DNA of 36,138 bases from a virus, in the UHGV virus genome UHGV-0014975; one strand, 5' to 3'. A model generated the notes under the pieces. It had not been told where the DNA came from. It ran no database searches and saw only the letters and a list, made by a program, of their open reading frames with translations. Both the position numbers and the translations under genes were made by a program. Below, in pieces: positions 24,173-33,868 of the stretch (the first letter of the stretch is position 1; each line of letters opens with the position of its first letter).

Positions 24173-27100
24173 TGGAAAAATTGTTATTGCTGTGGATGTT
24201 GATGGAAAACAGGTATCTGTACTAAATAAGAATTTGGATCAATTGGAAGGAAAGTCTTCCAAAGCCGGAGCTTCCATAAAAAACATGGCTGTCAGCATGG
24301 GGCTTGTAAAAGTTGCCGGTGCAGCATTTAAAGTCCTAGCAAACTCTTTAGATAGTGCGATAAGTCGATTTGACACGATGCAAAAGTTTCCCAAAGTAAT
24401 GAATGCACTAGGTTTTAGCGCAAAAGAATCACAAAAATCTATTGATAAACTATCCAATGGGATCGACGGTCTTCCTACTAAGCTTGATGACGTTGTTGCA
24501 AGCACCCAGCAAATGACTGCTATCACAGGGGATTTGGATAAATCTACCGATACTGTTCTAGCCTTGAATAATGCTTTTCTCGCATCTGGAGCCTCTACAG
24601 AGGACGCTAGTCGAGGAATGCAACAATTTAATCAAATGTTATCAACAGGCACCGTTGACTTAGAAAGTTGGAAAACTCTTCAAGAAACGATGCCTTTAGC
24701 TTTGCAAAAGACCGCTGAAGCTATGGGATTTGTTGGCAAGTCTGCTCAACGAGATTTGTATGCTGCTTTGAAAGATGGAACCGTAACGTTTGACCAATTC
24801 AATGACAAGCTTATTGAACTCGGAACAGGCACTGGAATGCTTGCTGACCTTGCCAAAGAAAACAGTTTAGGTATTGCTACTTCTTTTGGAAATTTGAGCA
24901 ACGCTGTAGCTAAAGGTGTAGCCAATGTAATTACTAAGTTAGATGAGTTGTCTAAGGTTTTGACAGGTAAAACAATTGCTCAAAACATAGATAGTGTTAA
25001 AGGAATTATTAATGATGCATTTAGCGCCGTTGTTGATTCAATGGACATTCTTATAGAAAATTCAGACGAACTTATCAATACTTTCGAAACTTTGGTAAGT
25101 ATTGTTGAGCTTTTGGCCCCTGCATTCGTTGGAGCAACTGCAGCTTATTTAACCTTTGAAGCTGTTACTTCCGCAGGAACTGCATTTAAAGCAATCTCCA
25201 AGGGAGTAACAAGTTTAATCGGTAAATTTGAAACCATGCAGATATTAATGCTTTATCTCGTGAATGATGGATTTGGAGCGATGCTTAGTGCAGCTGCACC
25301 GCTAGCAGGAGGATTTCTTGGATTAGCAGGAATTATAGCTGCGGCTATTGCAGCAATAGTCGCTGTTTTTGTATATTTCTACAAAACGAATGAAACTTTT
25401 AGAAATGGAGTTAACAAAACAGTATCAGTCCTAAAAGAAGGGCTTGTTGCTGCTTTCAACTGGTTAAAAACTGTTTTAGCCGGTGTTTTACCAACGCTTC
25501 AAAAAGTAGCTTCTGTAATCGGCACGGCAATAGTCAGTGGATTCAATAAAATGGTAGCTGTTGGTTCTGCAATTCTATCCGTTGTTGTTCCAGCTTTGCA
25601 ACGATTCGCAAGTGCTGCAAAGGAAGTCTTGTCTACCGGATTGGAAAAAATGGGTTCAATTTTATCTACAATCGGCAATGTTCTTTCGGGCGCTTTTTCC
25701 TCTGGCATGCAACTAGCAGGCGATTTGTTAGAACGTTTAGGTGGTTCTTTTGGGAAAATCGGCGGTGTAGTAAGTATTGTGATTAGCGTACTGACGAAAC
25801 TGGCACTTGTTGCTTTGGGATTAACAGGTCCATGGGGGACTTTGATTTCTTTGGTCCTATCATTTGTTGCGGCGTGGGTCAAAACAGGAGACCTCTCGGC
25901 AGATGGGATCACTCAAGTTTTTGATAACTTGCAGTCAACAATCACTAATGTGGCTAATTTTATAAGTACCAACTTACCTAAATTCGTACAGTTGGCAACA
26001 GACTTTATCACCGGATTTTTGAACGGATTGACTGCAGCTTTACCAGGAATTGTTTCTGTTGCTACAGAAATCATTCAAACTCTGGTTAATGCTATAACTA
26101 CAGTTTTGCCTCAAATTATTTCATTAGCGACGCAAGTGATCACTACTTTAGTTCAAGGGTTAGCAATGGCATTGCCAGCGTTGATGATTGTAGCTTCTCA
26201 AATAATTGTCCAGCTTATTACGGCTATAGCTGATGTCTTACCACAATTGGTAGAAGTTGGTGTCTCTGTCCTTAAAGCCCTAATAGAAGGGATAACGAGT
26301 GCGCTACCAGTCATTATCAAAGCGGCAATAGGCATCTTGAATGCACTAATTGATACTCTTTTATCAGTTTTGCCAATGCTGCTCGATGTTGGTCTGCAAA
26401 TTATCACTACTTTGTTAGACGCAATTATTTCGGCACTCCCTGCGTTGACGGAAGCAGCAACAACGATTGTCACTGGATTACTGACGGCCTTTATAACAGC
26501 TTTACCAATGCTTATCGCCGTTGGGGTACAAATATTAATGGCACTGATCCAAGGGCTGTTATCAATACTTCCAACATTACTAACGGCAGTCTTACAAATT
26601 ATTATGGCACTTGTGACAGCGCTGATTGCGGCATTGCCACAAATCATTGAAGCCGGAATTCAATTATTAATGGCGCTGATCGAAGGTATTTTGTCAATCT
26701 TACCTCAACTGATTGATGCGGCTATTCAAATCATTACTGCACTATTAGGCGCTCTTATCGAAGCCTTACCACAGTTGATTGATGCAGGTGTTCAATTGTT
26801 GCTAGGATTGGTCGCCGGTGTAATATCGGTACTTCCACAACTTGTTGCAGCTGCTTTGCAACTAATTGCAGCTCTTTTAGGTGCATTGATTGGTGCTGTT
26901 CCTCAGTTGCTATCTGCAGGTGTTAAGCTAATTGCAGCTCTAATTAGTGGAGTATTAAGCCTGATAGGACAGTTATTATCTGCTGGAGGTAAGTTAATTA
27001 GTGGATTACTTTCTACAATTTTAGGCTTCTTAGGAGACTTATTGTCGGCAGGTGGAAAATTAATCGCAAGCCTTGTATCTGGAATAGGTGGAGCGATTGG

Positions 27101-27650
27101 TGATGTATTTTCTGCAGCAGGAAATATTGCTAGTGCAGTTGTTGATACTATTTCAGGAATTGACTTATTCGGTGCTGGTAAAGCTATTATCGATGGCTTT
27201 TTAGGTGGCTTAAAATCAGCTTATGAAAACGTCAAAGACTTTGTTGGGGGAATTGCAGACTGGATTGCAGAACACAAAGGACCTATTAGTTATGATAGAC
27301 GTTTGTTAATTCCAGCCGGTAAAGCTATCATGGGCGGATTTGATGAGAGCTTGCAGTCGAATTTCAAAAATGTACAACGTACAGTAAGTGGTATGGCCGA
27401 CCGATTGAATTCAAGCTTTAATTTAACGCCTGAAATGGCTTTAGGTGTTGGAAATATTGGGACAGCAAGTCTAGGATCATCTATCGCGAACAATTCAACA
27501 AGCACCTCGACTGTGATTAACAACCAAGGACTATTGGAAGGCGCTATCTTCCAAGTGAGAGAAGAGGCAGATGTTCAGAAAATAGCAAAAGAGATCAATG
27601 ATTTAACCACAAAAGAAGCTGGAAATAAAGGATTTAGGAGGATGAGATAG
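24165..27650 (+). CDS. Tail tape measure protein
   Basis: 1161-1163 aa; coiled-coil N-terminal part; long internal array of hydrophobic ~11-13-residue repeats (ALPQLIDAGVQLL...); position before Dit; probable start at 24165 with AAGGAGGTG 9 nt upstream. Confidence 0.9.
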   Translation: MADGKIVIAVDVDGKQVSVLNKNLDQLEGKSSKAGASIKNMAVSMGLVKVAGAAFKVLANSLDSAISRFDTMQKFPKVMNALGFSAKESQKSIDKLSNGIDGLPTKLDDVVASTQQMTAITGDLDKSTDTVLALNNAFLASGASTEDASRGMQQFNQMLSTGTVDLESWKTLQETMPLALQKTAEAMGFVGKSAQRDLYAALKDGTVTFDQFNDKLIELGTGTGMLADLAKENSLGIATSFGNLSNAVAKGVANVITKLDELSKVLTGKTIAQNIDSVKGIINDAFSAVVDSMDILIENSDELINTFETLVSIVELLAPAFVGATAAYLTFEAVTSAGTAFKAISKGVTSLIGKFETMQILMLYLVNDGFGAMLSAAAPLAGGFLGLAGIIAAAIAAIVAVFVYFYKTNETFRNGVNKTVSVLKEGLVAAFNWLKTVLAGVLPTLQKVASVIGTAIVSGFNKMVAVGSAILSVVVPALQRFASAAKEVLSTGLEKMGSILSTIGNVLSGAFSSGMQLAGDLLERLGGSFGKIGGVVSIVISVLTKLALVALGLTGPWGTLISLVLSFVAAWVKTGDLSADGITQVFDNLQSTITNVANFISTNLPKFVQLATDFITGFLNGLTAALPGIVSVATEIIQTLVNAITTVLPQIISLATQVITTLVQGLAMALPALMIVASQIIVQLITAIADVLPQLVEVGVSVLKALIEGITSALPVIIKAAIGILNALIDTLLSVLPMLLDVGLQIITTLLDAIISALPALTEAATTIVTGLLTAFITALPMLIAVGVQILMALIQGLLSILPTLLTAVLQIIMALVTALIAALPQIIEAGIQLLMALIEGILSILPQLIDAAIQIITALLGALIEALPQLIDAGVQLLLGLVAGVISVLPQLVAAALQLIAALLGALIGAVPQLLSAGVKLIAALISGVLSLIGQLLSAGGKLISGLLSTILGFLGDLLSAGGKLIASLVSGIGGAIGDVFSAAGNIASAVVDTISGIDLFGAGKAIIDGFLGGLKSAYENVKDFVGGIADWIAEHKGPISYDRRLLIPAGKAIMGGFDESLQSNFKNVQRTVSGMADRLNSSFNLTPEMALGVGNIGTASLGSSIANNSTSTSTVINNQGLLEGAIFQVREEADVQKIAKEINDLTTKEAGNKGFRRMR

Positions 27651-27651
27651 T

Positions 27652-28470
27652 ATGATTACATTAATAGACGGCACAAAATCAATTAGACTTGAAGAGTTTG
27701 ATATGCGTCCTTTACGTAATCATACACGCCCTAGATCTGGTAAGATCACGCATCGTTCTCAACACATTGACGGTCGAATGGGTGATTGGTACTTTGGTTC
27801 TGAGATTGGACCGAAAACATATGGGCTACAGGCCAACACATTGATTCAAGAATGGGACAATTTGGAAGAGCGGTTAGATCAACTAGCTGCTTTTTTATTT
27901 GATTCCAAGGGAAATCCTAAGCTTTTGAAATGCAAGTGGGATAATACCGGAAAGTTTGCTTTCGTACGCCTTGCGGAAGCTATTACTCCTGATGTATCAA
28001 CTATTCTTGAAAAAATTCCTATTCAGTTTATAAATTATGATTCTAATGAATATGCTGAGGCAGATGCATACGATCTGGATCAACCTTTGAAATACGATGC
28101 TGGGAATGAGTATGGATCAAAAGCTTATCCCAACACGAAATCATTTGCTTGGAATATTGTTCCAAATCATTATGTTGGTATCGAAAATTATTCTTATCTT
28201 GATACACCAATCAAAATTACTATTAAAGGTACTGTAAAGGGTGGATCGATAAAACATTTAGAGTCTGCTAAATCAATTTCTTTTCCCGATGTAAGTAATG
28301 GAACAGTCATCATAGATACAGAAACTTATAACATTAGCGTAAATGGGTCCGATATTTTAGAATTTGACGGAGAATTTTTCGAAATGTCAGACGGTAGCAA
28401 CGGATTTCAATTTAGCGCTGAACAAGCGAACGCAACGGTTACTTTTGAATGGTTACACAAATTTATGTAA
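27652..28470 (+). CDS. Distal tail protein (Dit, siphovirus tail component family)
   Basis: 272 aa immediately after the TMP; MITLIDGTKSIRLEEFDMRPLRNHTRPRSGKITHRSQHIDGRMGDW, characteristic of Sipho_tail/Dit proteins. Confidence 0.7.
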   Translation: MITLIDGTKSIRLEEFDMRPLRNHTRPRSGKITHRSQHIDGRMGDWYFGSEIGPKTYGLQANTLIQEWDNLEERLDQLAAFLFDSKGNPKLLKCKWDNTGKFAFVRLAEAITPDVSTILEKIPIQFINYDSNEYAEADAYDLDQPLKYDAGNEYGSKAYPNTKSFAWNIVPNHYVGIENYSYLDTPIKITIKGTVKGGSIKHLESAKSISFPDVSNGTVIIDTETYNISVNGSDILEFDGEFFEMSDGSNGFQFSAEQANATVTFEWLHKFM

Positions 28471-28486
28471 GGAGGCGGTTGATAAA

Positions 28487-30091
28487 ATGCCAATTCAACC
28501 AGTAAGCGGTGAGATAAAAGCTCAGCCGCTTAATGATAATTTTAGTTATTTAGATTCAAAAGTGGATCAAGTGAATGGAGGACCACGAGAGACATTTACA
28601 AGCGAGTCTGCCCTCAAATCCAAATATCCGAGTGGATCAAATTCGGCGATGCTTGTCACGGATGCAAACGGAGCAAACGGCTATCTCTATACTTGGAATG
28701 GTACAGCGTGGGTCAAAGGTCCGCTTTATCAGGCGGCCGGAATAGCTGATAAATCTGTAACTGCGACAAAACTAGCGGAACAGTTTAACAACAGAGGATT
28801 TGTTTCAACTGGTTTACTTAGCTCGTTAGTTTCAAGTGGTCTTTATATTATTAGTCCATCTGGAATATCTGATGCCCCAATTAGTGAGGCGGGAGTATTG
28901 GATAATAAGAAAACAGATGATTATCTAATACAACAATACATTCCTTTTAATACTCCAGATGTCGCCTTCACGCGGACTATTAGACCGAGTATCAATTTAG
29001 TTGCAGAGTGGAAAAAAATTGATACTAAACTAGATGATGGATCAGTCACACGCGTCAAATTAAGTCCTGATTTTGATGCAAAAGGGCATTTTCAGGACGC
29101 TGATCTGAATAGTTTGATCGATAGCGGCACATATCTATTAACTGGCACAACAACAAATATTCCGGTGGGGTTTAATGGCAGCTTATTGTTGACGGTGCAA
29201 AAAAATGGACAATGGATCCATCAGACTCTATCGTTGCTGCAAAACCCTAGCCAAAAAGCTTATCGCTATCATTTCGACACGGGAAATCTTTGGGGCGAGT
29301 GGGAAATTGCAAGTAATAAACCGCTGTCAGGCAAAGTGGTAGTCAATTTCGGAGATTCCCTTTTCGGCAATACTCAAGGAGCTTCGAGTGTTTCAAATGT
29401 CATCTCTAATGTGACTGGTGCAGTAGTTTACAACTGCGGATTCGGCGGATGTCGAATGGCTGGAGGAAAGGAAATTGAGGCCTGGCAAGCATTTAGCATG
29501 TTTAGACTTTCGGATGAAATCGTCAAAGAAAATGATGATCCCACAAAATGGAATCTGCAAGATGCAGCGGTTAACAATGAAAAATGGAACAACAAGCCTA
29601 CTTATTTTGACAACACGCTTAGTGTTTTGAAGGGAATTGATTTTAATTTAGTAGACTTTATCACCATCGCTTATGGCACGAATGACTACACAGGTGGAAA
29701 CTTAATAGACGATGAATCAAATCCATTAAACACTGACACATTTTCAGGTGCCTTAAGATATTCGCTTGAAAAAATTATGGCTAAATATAAACAGCTTAAA
29801 ATATTGATCTGTACACCAACCTATCGCCTTTGGTTTAACTCAGACGGATCTGTAGATTCTGATTCGGATAGTAGAGATTTTGCTGGAACAGGAACTTTAA
29901 CTGGATATGTAGATAAAACTAAAGATATTGCAAAAGAATATAAAATACCTCATTCGGATAATTATTACGAACTAGGGATCAACAGATTTAATGCATTAAA
30001 CTTCTTTACGGTACAAGACGGAACGCATCACAATGCTATTGGAAGAAAAGTATTAGGAGAAAAGATTGGGAGCGTCTTGCAGAATATATAA
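28487..30091 (+). CDS. Tail fiber/baseplate protein with C-terminal SGNH (GDSL) esterase domain
   Basis: Start MPIQPVSGEIK (the track ORF starts upstream in the Dit overlap). SGNH blocks in order: I VVVNFGDSLFGN, II CGFGGCRMAGG, III IAYGTNDY, V QDGTHHNAIG. Confidence 0.65.
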   Translation: MPIQPVSGEIKAQPLNDNFSYLDSKVDQVNGGPRETFTSESALKSKYPSGSNSAMLVTDANGANGYLYTWNGTAWVKGPLYQAAGIADKSVTATKLAEQFNNRGFVSTGLLSSLVSSGLYIISPSGISDAPISEAGVLDNKKTDDYLIQQYIPFNTPDVAFTRTIRPSINLVAEWKKIDTKLDDGSVTRVKLSPDFDAKGHFQDADLNSLIDSGTYLLTGTTTNIPVGFNGSLLLTVQKNGQWIHQTLSLLQNPSQKAYRYHFDTGNLWGEWEIASNKPLSGKVVVNFGDSLFGNTQGASSVSNVISNVTGAVVYNCGFGGCRMAGGKEIEAWQAFSMFRLSDEIVKENDDPTKWNLQDAAVNNEKWNNKPTYFDNTLSVLKGIDFNLVDFITIAYGTNDYTGGNLIDDESNPLNTDTFSGALRYSLEKIMAKYKQLKILICTPTYRLWFNSDGSVDSDSDSRDFAGTGTLTGYVDKTKDIAKEYKIPHSDNYYELGINRFNALNFFTVQDGTHHNAIGRKVLGEKIGSVLQNI

Positions 30092-30109
30092 ATGGACTGG
30101 AGTAAATAA

Positions 30110-32083
30110 ATGATTTCAATTTACAATTTAAGCCGAAAGAAGACTGCTATTCTAAGAAATTTTTATAAAGTCTCATATGAAAAACCAGTCAACCAAATAT
30201 GGTCGGCTGGTTTTTATTTACCTGCAAATGATCCAGCAAGAAAGAAAATTGAACAGTTGCATTATGCTGAAATAAAAGATAAAGATGGAGAGTATATTGG
30301 TTTATTCCGCATCATGAATCGTACTACGACATTCAATTCAACTGGGAAGTATATCAAATATGAGTTATCTCATGTGCTATCTACTTTGATTGATTCGGCT
30401 ATAGAGGGATACAAACAGACAGGGAAAGCATGGACTACAACAAAAGTTATCAATTGGATTTTGTCCTTTCAAAAAGTAAAGAACTGGCAATTAGGGCGGT
30501 GTGACTTTGACCGCCTTTTTGAATACTCTTTTGAGAACCAAAATGGTCTTGCGGATGCATTATTTTCTGTGACTGAACCATTTTCAGAGGAGTTTATGTG
30601 GACCTACGATACTACTTCCTATCCGTGGACGATTAATCTAATCAAGCCAGACACTAAACCAGTCTGCCGGATTCGGGAAGGATGGAATCTAAAAGATCTT
30701 TCTGTAGAAGAAAACCCTTTAAAAGTAGTCAATAAAATTTACGCTTTAGGCAAAGGAGACGGAATCAACAACCTTAATTTCAAAAAAATAAATGATGGTA
30801 AAAATTATGTGGAAGATCTTCAAAGCCAAAATGATTACGGATTGATCGAATATATCTGGAAAGATGAACGATTTACAAACGAGGAATCCTTACTAGCCTC
30901 AGCTACAGCAATGCTGGACAAATTTAAGCGCCCGATAGTTACTTGGACCACAACTGCAATTGATTTAACTAAATCTATTCCGAGCAAATCAACTATTAAA
31001 ATTCCATCAGTGGATAAATTAAGGTCTGGCCAAGTGGTTCAGCTTTGGACAGAAATGTTCGGAGTTGTAAATCTAAGAATCGTCAATGAAAAGAAATCTG
31101 ATATGTTTGGTGATCCGGGAAATATCGATTTGGAGATTGGATATATAGGGGAAACAGTGGCTACTACTCTTGCGGATCTTGAACGTAAAATGGAAATATC
31201 TAAACTTTCTAGTGTTGGAGCAACAAATAAAGATACTGTTACTTTCGCAGAGAATTGCGATGAAAATTTTCCTCTAAAAATCAATTTTTATTGTGAAGAG
31301 GAACTCAAAAGAATCAATAAAATATTGCTTACCTACCAGACAGAAAAATACAGGGCCTATAGTAAAGCTACTAAAGGTGGAGGGGCAATAGTTTCAGGTG
31401 GTACAACTGCGGGTGGTGGTGCTTATGTGAGCGGATCATCTACTCAAAGCGGTGGCGGAACCACTGTTGGAAGTACCTCGCAAAGCGGTGGAGGCAGCAC
31501 ACAAACAAGTAGTGCTAATGGGAGTCACAGACATCTAATGTTTAGAATGGGTAGCAATGCACAAGCAATTAGTTCTGGTTTGGTTTACACGGCGGCACAA
31601 AGCTCAATTGGAGGCTCTCGAGGTGTAGTTCTATCGTCAAAAGACGGAGATCCACCCGGCGATTTATACACAGCAGAAGCCGCAGACAATCACACACATT
31701 CGGTAAATATTCCAGCGCATACACATAATTTTAGTGTTACTGTACCAGCTCATTCACATGATTTTAATATCAATATTCCGAACCATACTCATGATTTTAA
31801 GATAGATATTCCTGATCACACACACGAAATTGATTACGGTATTTGGGAAGATTCAAAAACTCCTTCAAAAGTGGAAGTGAAGATTGATAATAAAGTCGTC
31901 ACTACATTAACAGGTACCAGTGCAGATCGATTTGATATTGTTGAGTTTCTCTATAACGATGATGGATTAGTCACACGAGGCTGGCACACGATTGAAATCA
32001 AACCTATAGGGGCAAGAGCAAGATTTGTCGGTCAATGTACAATATATGGCTTTATAGGAGCTACAGACGGAGGTGAATTTTAA
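30110..32083 (+). CDS. Tail-associated protein (Tal-like; 'prophage tail endopeptidase' N-domain) with Gly-rich linker and C-terminal HxH repeat needle
   Basis: N-terminus MISIYNLSRKKTAILRNFY...GEYIGLFRIMNRTTTFNSTGKYIKYELSHVL matches the phage minor structural protein / Tal N-domain family. A G/S/T linker follows (~31375..31520), then five tandem 11-aa repeats HTHxFxIxIPx (31691..31840). Confidence 0.65.
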   Translation: MISIYNLSRKKTAILRNFYKVSYEKPVNQIWSAGFYLPANDPARKKIEQLHYAEIKDKDGEYIGLFRIMNRTTTFNSTGKYIKYELSHVLSTLIDSAIEGYKQTGKAWTTTKVINWILSFQKVKNWQLGRCDFDRLFEYSFENQNGLADALFSVTEPFSEEFMWTYDTTSYPWTINLIKPDTKPVCRIREGWNLKDLSVEENPLKVVNKIYALGKGDGINNLNFKKINDGKNYVEDLQSQNDYGLIEYIWKDERFTNEESLLASATAMLDKFKRPIVTWTTTAIDLTKSIPSKSTIKIPSVDKLRSGQVVQLWTEMFGVVNLRIVNEKKSDMFGDPGNIDLEIGYIGETVATTLADLERKMEISKLSSVGATNKDTVTFAENCDENFPLKINFYCEEELKRINKILLTYQTEKYRAYSKATKGGGAIVSGGTTAGGGAYVSGSSTQSGGGTTVGSTSQSGGGSTQTSSANGSHRHLMFRMGSNAQAISSGLVYTAAQSSIGGSRGVVLSSKDGDPPGDLYTAEAADNHTHSVNIPAHTHNFSVTVPAHSHDFNINIPNHTHDFKIDIPDHTHEIDYGIWEDSKTPSKVEVKIDNKVVTTLTGTSADRFDIVEFLYNDDGLVTRGWHTIEIKPIGARARFVGQCTIYGFIGATDGGEF

Positions 32084-32289
32084 TGAAGATACGCTATCTA
32101 GTTGAAGGCGAGTCCGATCCAAGAGAGGTTGAAGAACCTAGTTTCGATTTTGAAGAATATAAAAATATCATGATGGGGAAGATAACGGATGAACACGGTA
32201 ATGCTATAAATGATGTTTTTATAGGTAATCGATCTTACAAAAAGATTGCGATCAAATGGTTAGAAGTTTTAGAAGATCAGCCAGAATAG
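32083..32289 (+). CDS. Small acidic protein (68 aa), XkdX-position hypothetical
   Basis: TAATG-coupled to Tal, GGAGGTGA RBS; between the tail genes and the holin. Confidence 0.45.
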   Translation: MKIRYLVEGESDPREVEEPSFDFEEYKNIMMGKITDEHGNAINDVFIGNRSYKKIAIKWLEVLEDQPE

Positions 32290-32311
32290 GGCTTTTTTAA
32301 TAAAAGAAAAG

Positions 32312-32767
32312 GTGGTTAATATGGTGATTATTAATAATGGAATGTTACTGAACGAATTTCGTGGACTGTTAACAAATGGATATATTCAACTTTTTTTGTG
32401 GGTTGTAGTAGGTGATATTGTTACAGGTCTGTGTAAAGGGATTTTTGTGAAAGATGCGAATAGCACAAAAGGTTTGTTAGGAATCGTTAAACACATGCTA
32501 GTTGTCTGCTTAGTAATTATTGCCTACCCGTATTTAAAGATTATGAGTCTTGAGACGTTTGCGACTGCATTCGTCTTTTTTTATATCGCAGTCTATGGGA
32601 TTTCAATTACTGAGAACTTAGGTCAATTAGGTGTACCGATTCCAAATTGGGTCAAAGAAAGACTATCAAAGTTACAGGATACAAATACTAATCCAAATGT
32701 TAATAGCAAAAGTTCAAAGAAGGATTATGGTGATGGACAGGAGTTCACTGAGCGAAAGGAGAAATAA
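32312..32767 (+). CDS. Holin (phage_holin_4_1-like)
   Basis: 151 aa with 3 predicted TM segments (LFLWVVVGDIVTGLCKGIF / LVVCLVIIAYPYL / FATAFVFFYIAVYGISI) and a charged C-terminal tail; directly upstream of the endolysin. Confidence 0.7.
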   Translation: MVNMVIINNGMLLNEFRGLLTNGYIQLFLWVVVGDIVTGLCKGIFVKDANSTKGLLGIVKHMLVVCLVIIAYPYLKIMSLETFATAFVFFYIAVYGISITENLGQLGVPIPNWVKERLSKLQDTNTNPNVNSKSSKKDYGDGQEFTERKEK

Positions 32768-32770
32768 GCG

Positions 32771-33574
32771 ATGTCTATTGAAAACATGATTTCATGGATG
32801 ACAAGTAAGGAAGGGCGAGTCAATTATTCCATGATAAGTCGTTTAGGTCCAAATAGCTACGATTGTTCTAGTGCTGTGTTCTTCTCGTTGATCGCAGGAG
32901 GTTACCTGCCAAAAGGATCAATGGGAAATACAGAAACGCTATTTGCCATGAATGGAACAGTGCTCAAGAAAATTAGTCGTTCAGAAGTGAAACGTGGTGA
33001 TATCTTTATCGCTGGAACTCCTGGGGCTTCTCATGGATCAGAAGGGCACACCGGTATCTTTTTGAGTAACAAGAGTTTTATCCATTGCAGCTATTATTGG
33101 AATGGAATTCACACAGACAGCCATGATTCTTATATGAGCACTCGATTAACCCACCATTTCTACCGAATTGTTGCAAGTGGTAATGCTGATGTAAATACTG
33201 ACAACAGTGCTCAAATGATTAAATTAGCAATCGATGGACAATGGGGACCACTCGTTACTCTACGTTTGCAAGAATACTACAATACTACTCGTGACAAAAT
33301 AGTTAGTCACCAGTACAAACAAAAGTACAATCAAAATATCTATTCAGCAGAATTTGATACTACTTTGATCGGATCCGACGTGATTCGTGCAATCCAGATG
33401 GGTCTCAAAGCAAGAGGATATTATTCTGGTGTAATTGATGGTCTATGTGGTGAAGCAACAATCAAAGCGATGCAAAAAGCATTAGGAACAACGGTTGATG
33501 GTGTTATCAGTCCGCAATCCGATATGGTTAAGGCGTTGCAGAGAGCATTGAACAACAATAAATTGCCATGGTAA
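32771..33574 (+). CDS. Endolysin: N-terminal Cys/His peptidoglycan hydrolase (Amidase_5/CHAP-like) plus two PG_binding_1 repeats
   Basis: N-domain ...VNYSMISRLGPNSYDCSSAVFFSLIAGG...GHTGIF (Cys...His catalytic pair). C-terminal repeats DGQWGPLVTLRLQEYY and DGLCGEATIKAMQKALGTTVDGV match the PG-binding-1 pattern (DGxxGxxTxxAxxxFQ). Confidence 0.8.
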   Translation: MSIENMISWMTSKEGRVNYSMISRLGPNSYDCSSAVFFSLIAGGYLPKGSMGNTETLFAMNGTVLKKISRSEVKRGDIFIAGTPGASHGSEGHTGIFLSNKSFIHCSYYWNGIHTDSHDSYMSTRLTHHFYRIVASGNADVNTDNSAQMIKLAIDGQWGPLVTLRLQEYYNTTRDKIVSHQYKQKYNQNIYSAEFDTTLIGSDVIRAIQMGLKARGYYSGVIDGLCGEATIKAMQKALGTTVDGVISPQSDMVKALQRALNNNKLPW

Positions 33575-33577
33575 ACA

Positions 33578-33610
33578 AAAATAAGCCCGCTTAGGCGGGC
33601 TTATTGATTG
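33578..33610 (+). terminator. Late-operon terminator
   Basis: Perfect 10-bp stem ATAAGCCCGC/GCGGGCTTAT (33581..33590 / 33595..33604) with loop TTAG, then a T-rich tail. Confidence 0.7.
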
Positions 33611-33868
33611 TATTGATCAATTTATTGCAAAGTTTATAGTTGCTATATGGTCATTCAGTAATATGCATTAATAATTTTATTAGTATTCTGCTCTACATAG
33701 ATCACGATGAACCAGACTTTTCTAAACAACATGAATGTTTACAACCGAAACTTAATAAGTAAGTTACCAAATATCTTAATTTCTCAGTTAATTATTTCTC
33801 TAAAATATATTTCCTTTGAATTATATTTAATATATAATCTTAGTTAAGATATATACAAGGAGATTACT

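Noticed and set aside
24239-27523. Minus-strand ORFs inside the tape measure gene (24239..24526, 25499..25912, 26198..26647, 27290..27523), and periodic DNA repeats at 26000..27100 that might resemble a repeat array
   Set aside because: Antisense to the 1163-aa TMP; the periodicity is the coding repeat of TMP (ALPQLI.AG.QLL units), with neither the spacing nor the sequence identity of a CRISPR array
28364-28486. Upstream extension of the SGNH tail protein ORF into Dit (track start 28364)
   Set aside because: It overlaps Dit in another frame; ATG 28487 with an AGGAGG RBS directly after the Dit stop is the sensible start
31039-31284. 81-aa minus-strand ORF within the Tal gene
   Set aside because: Antisense to a supported CDS
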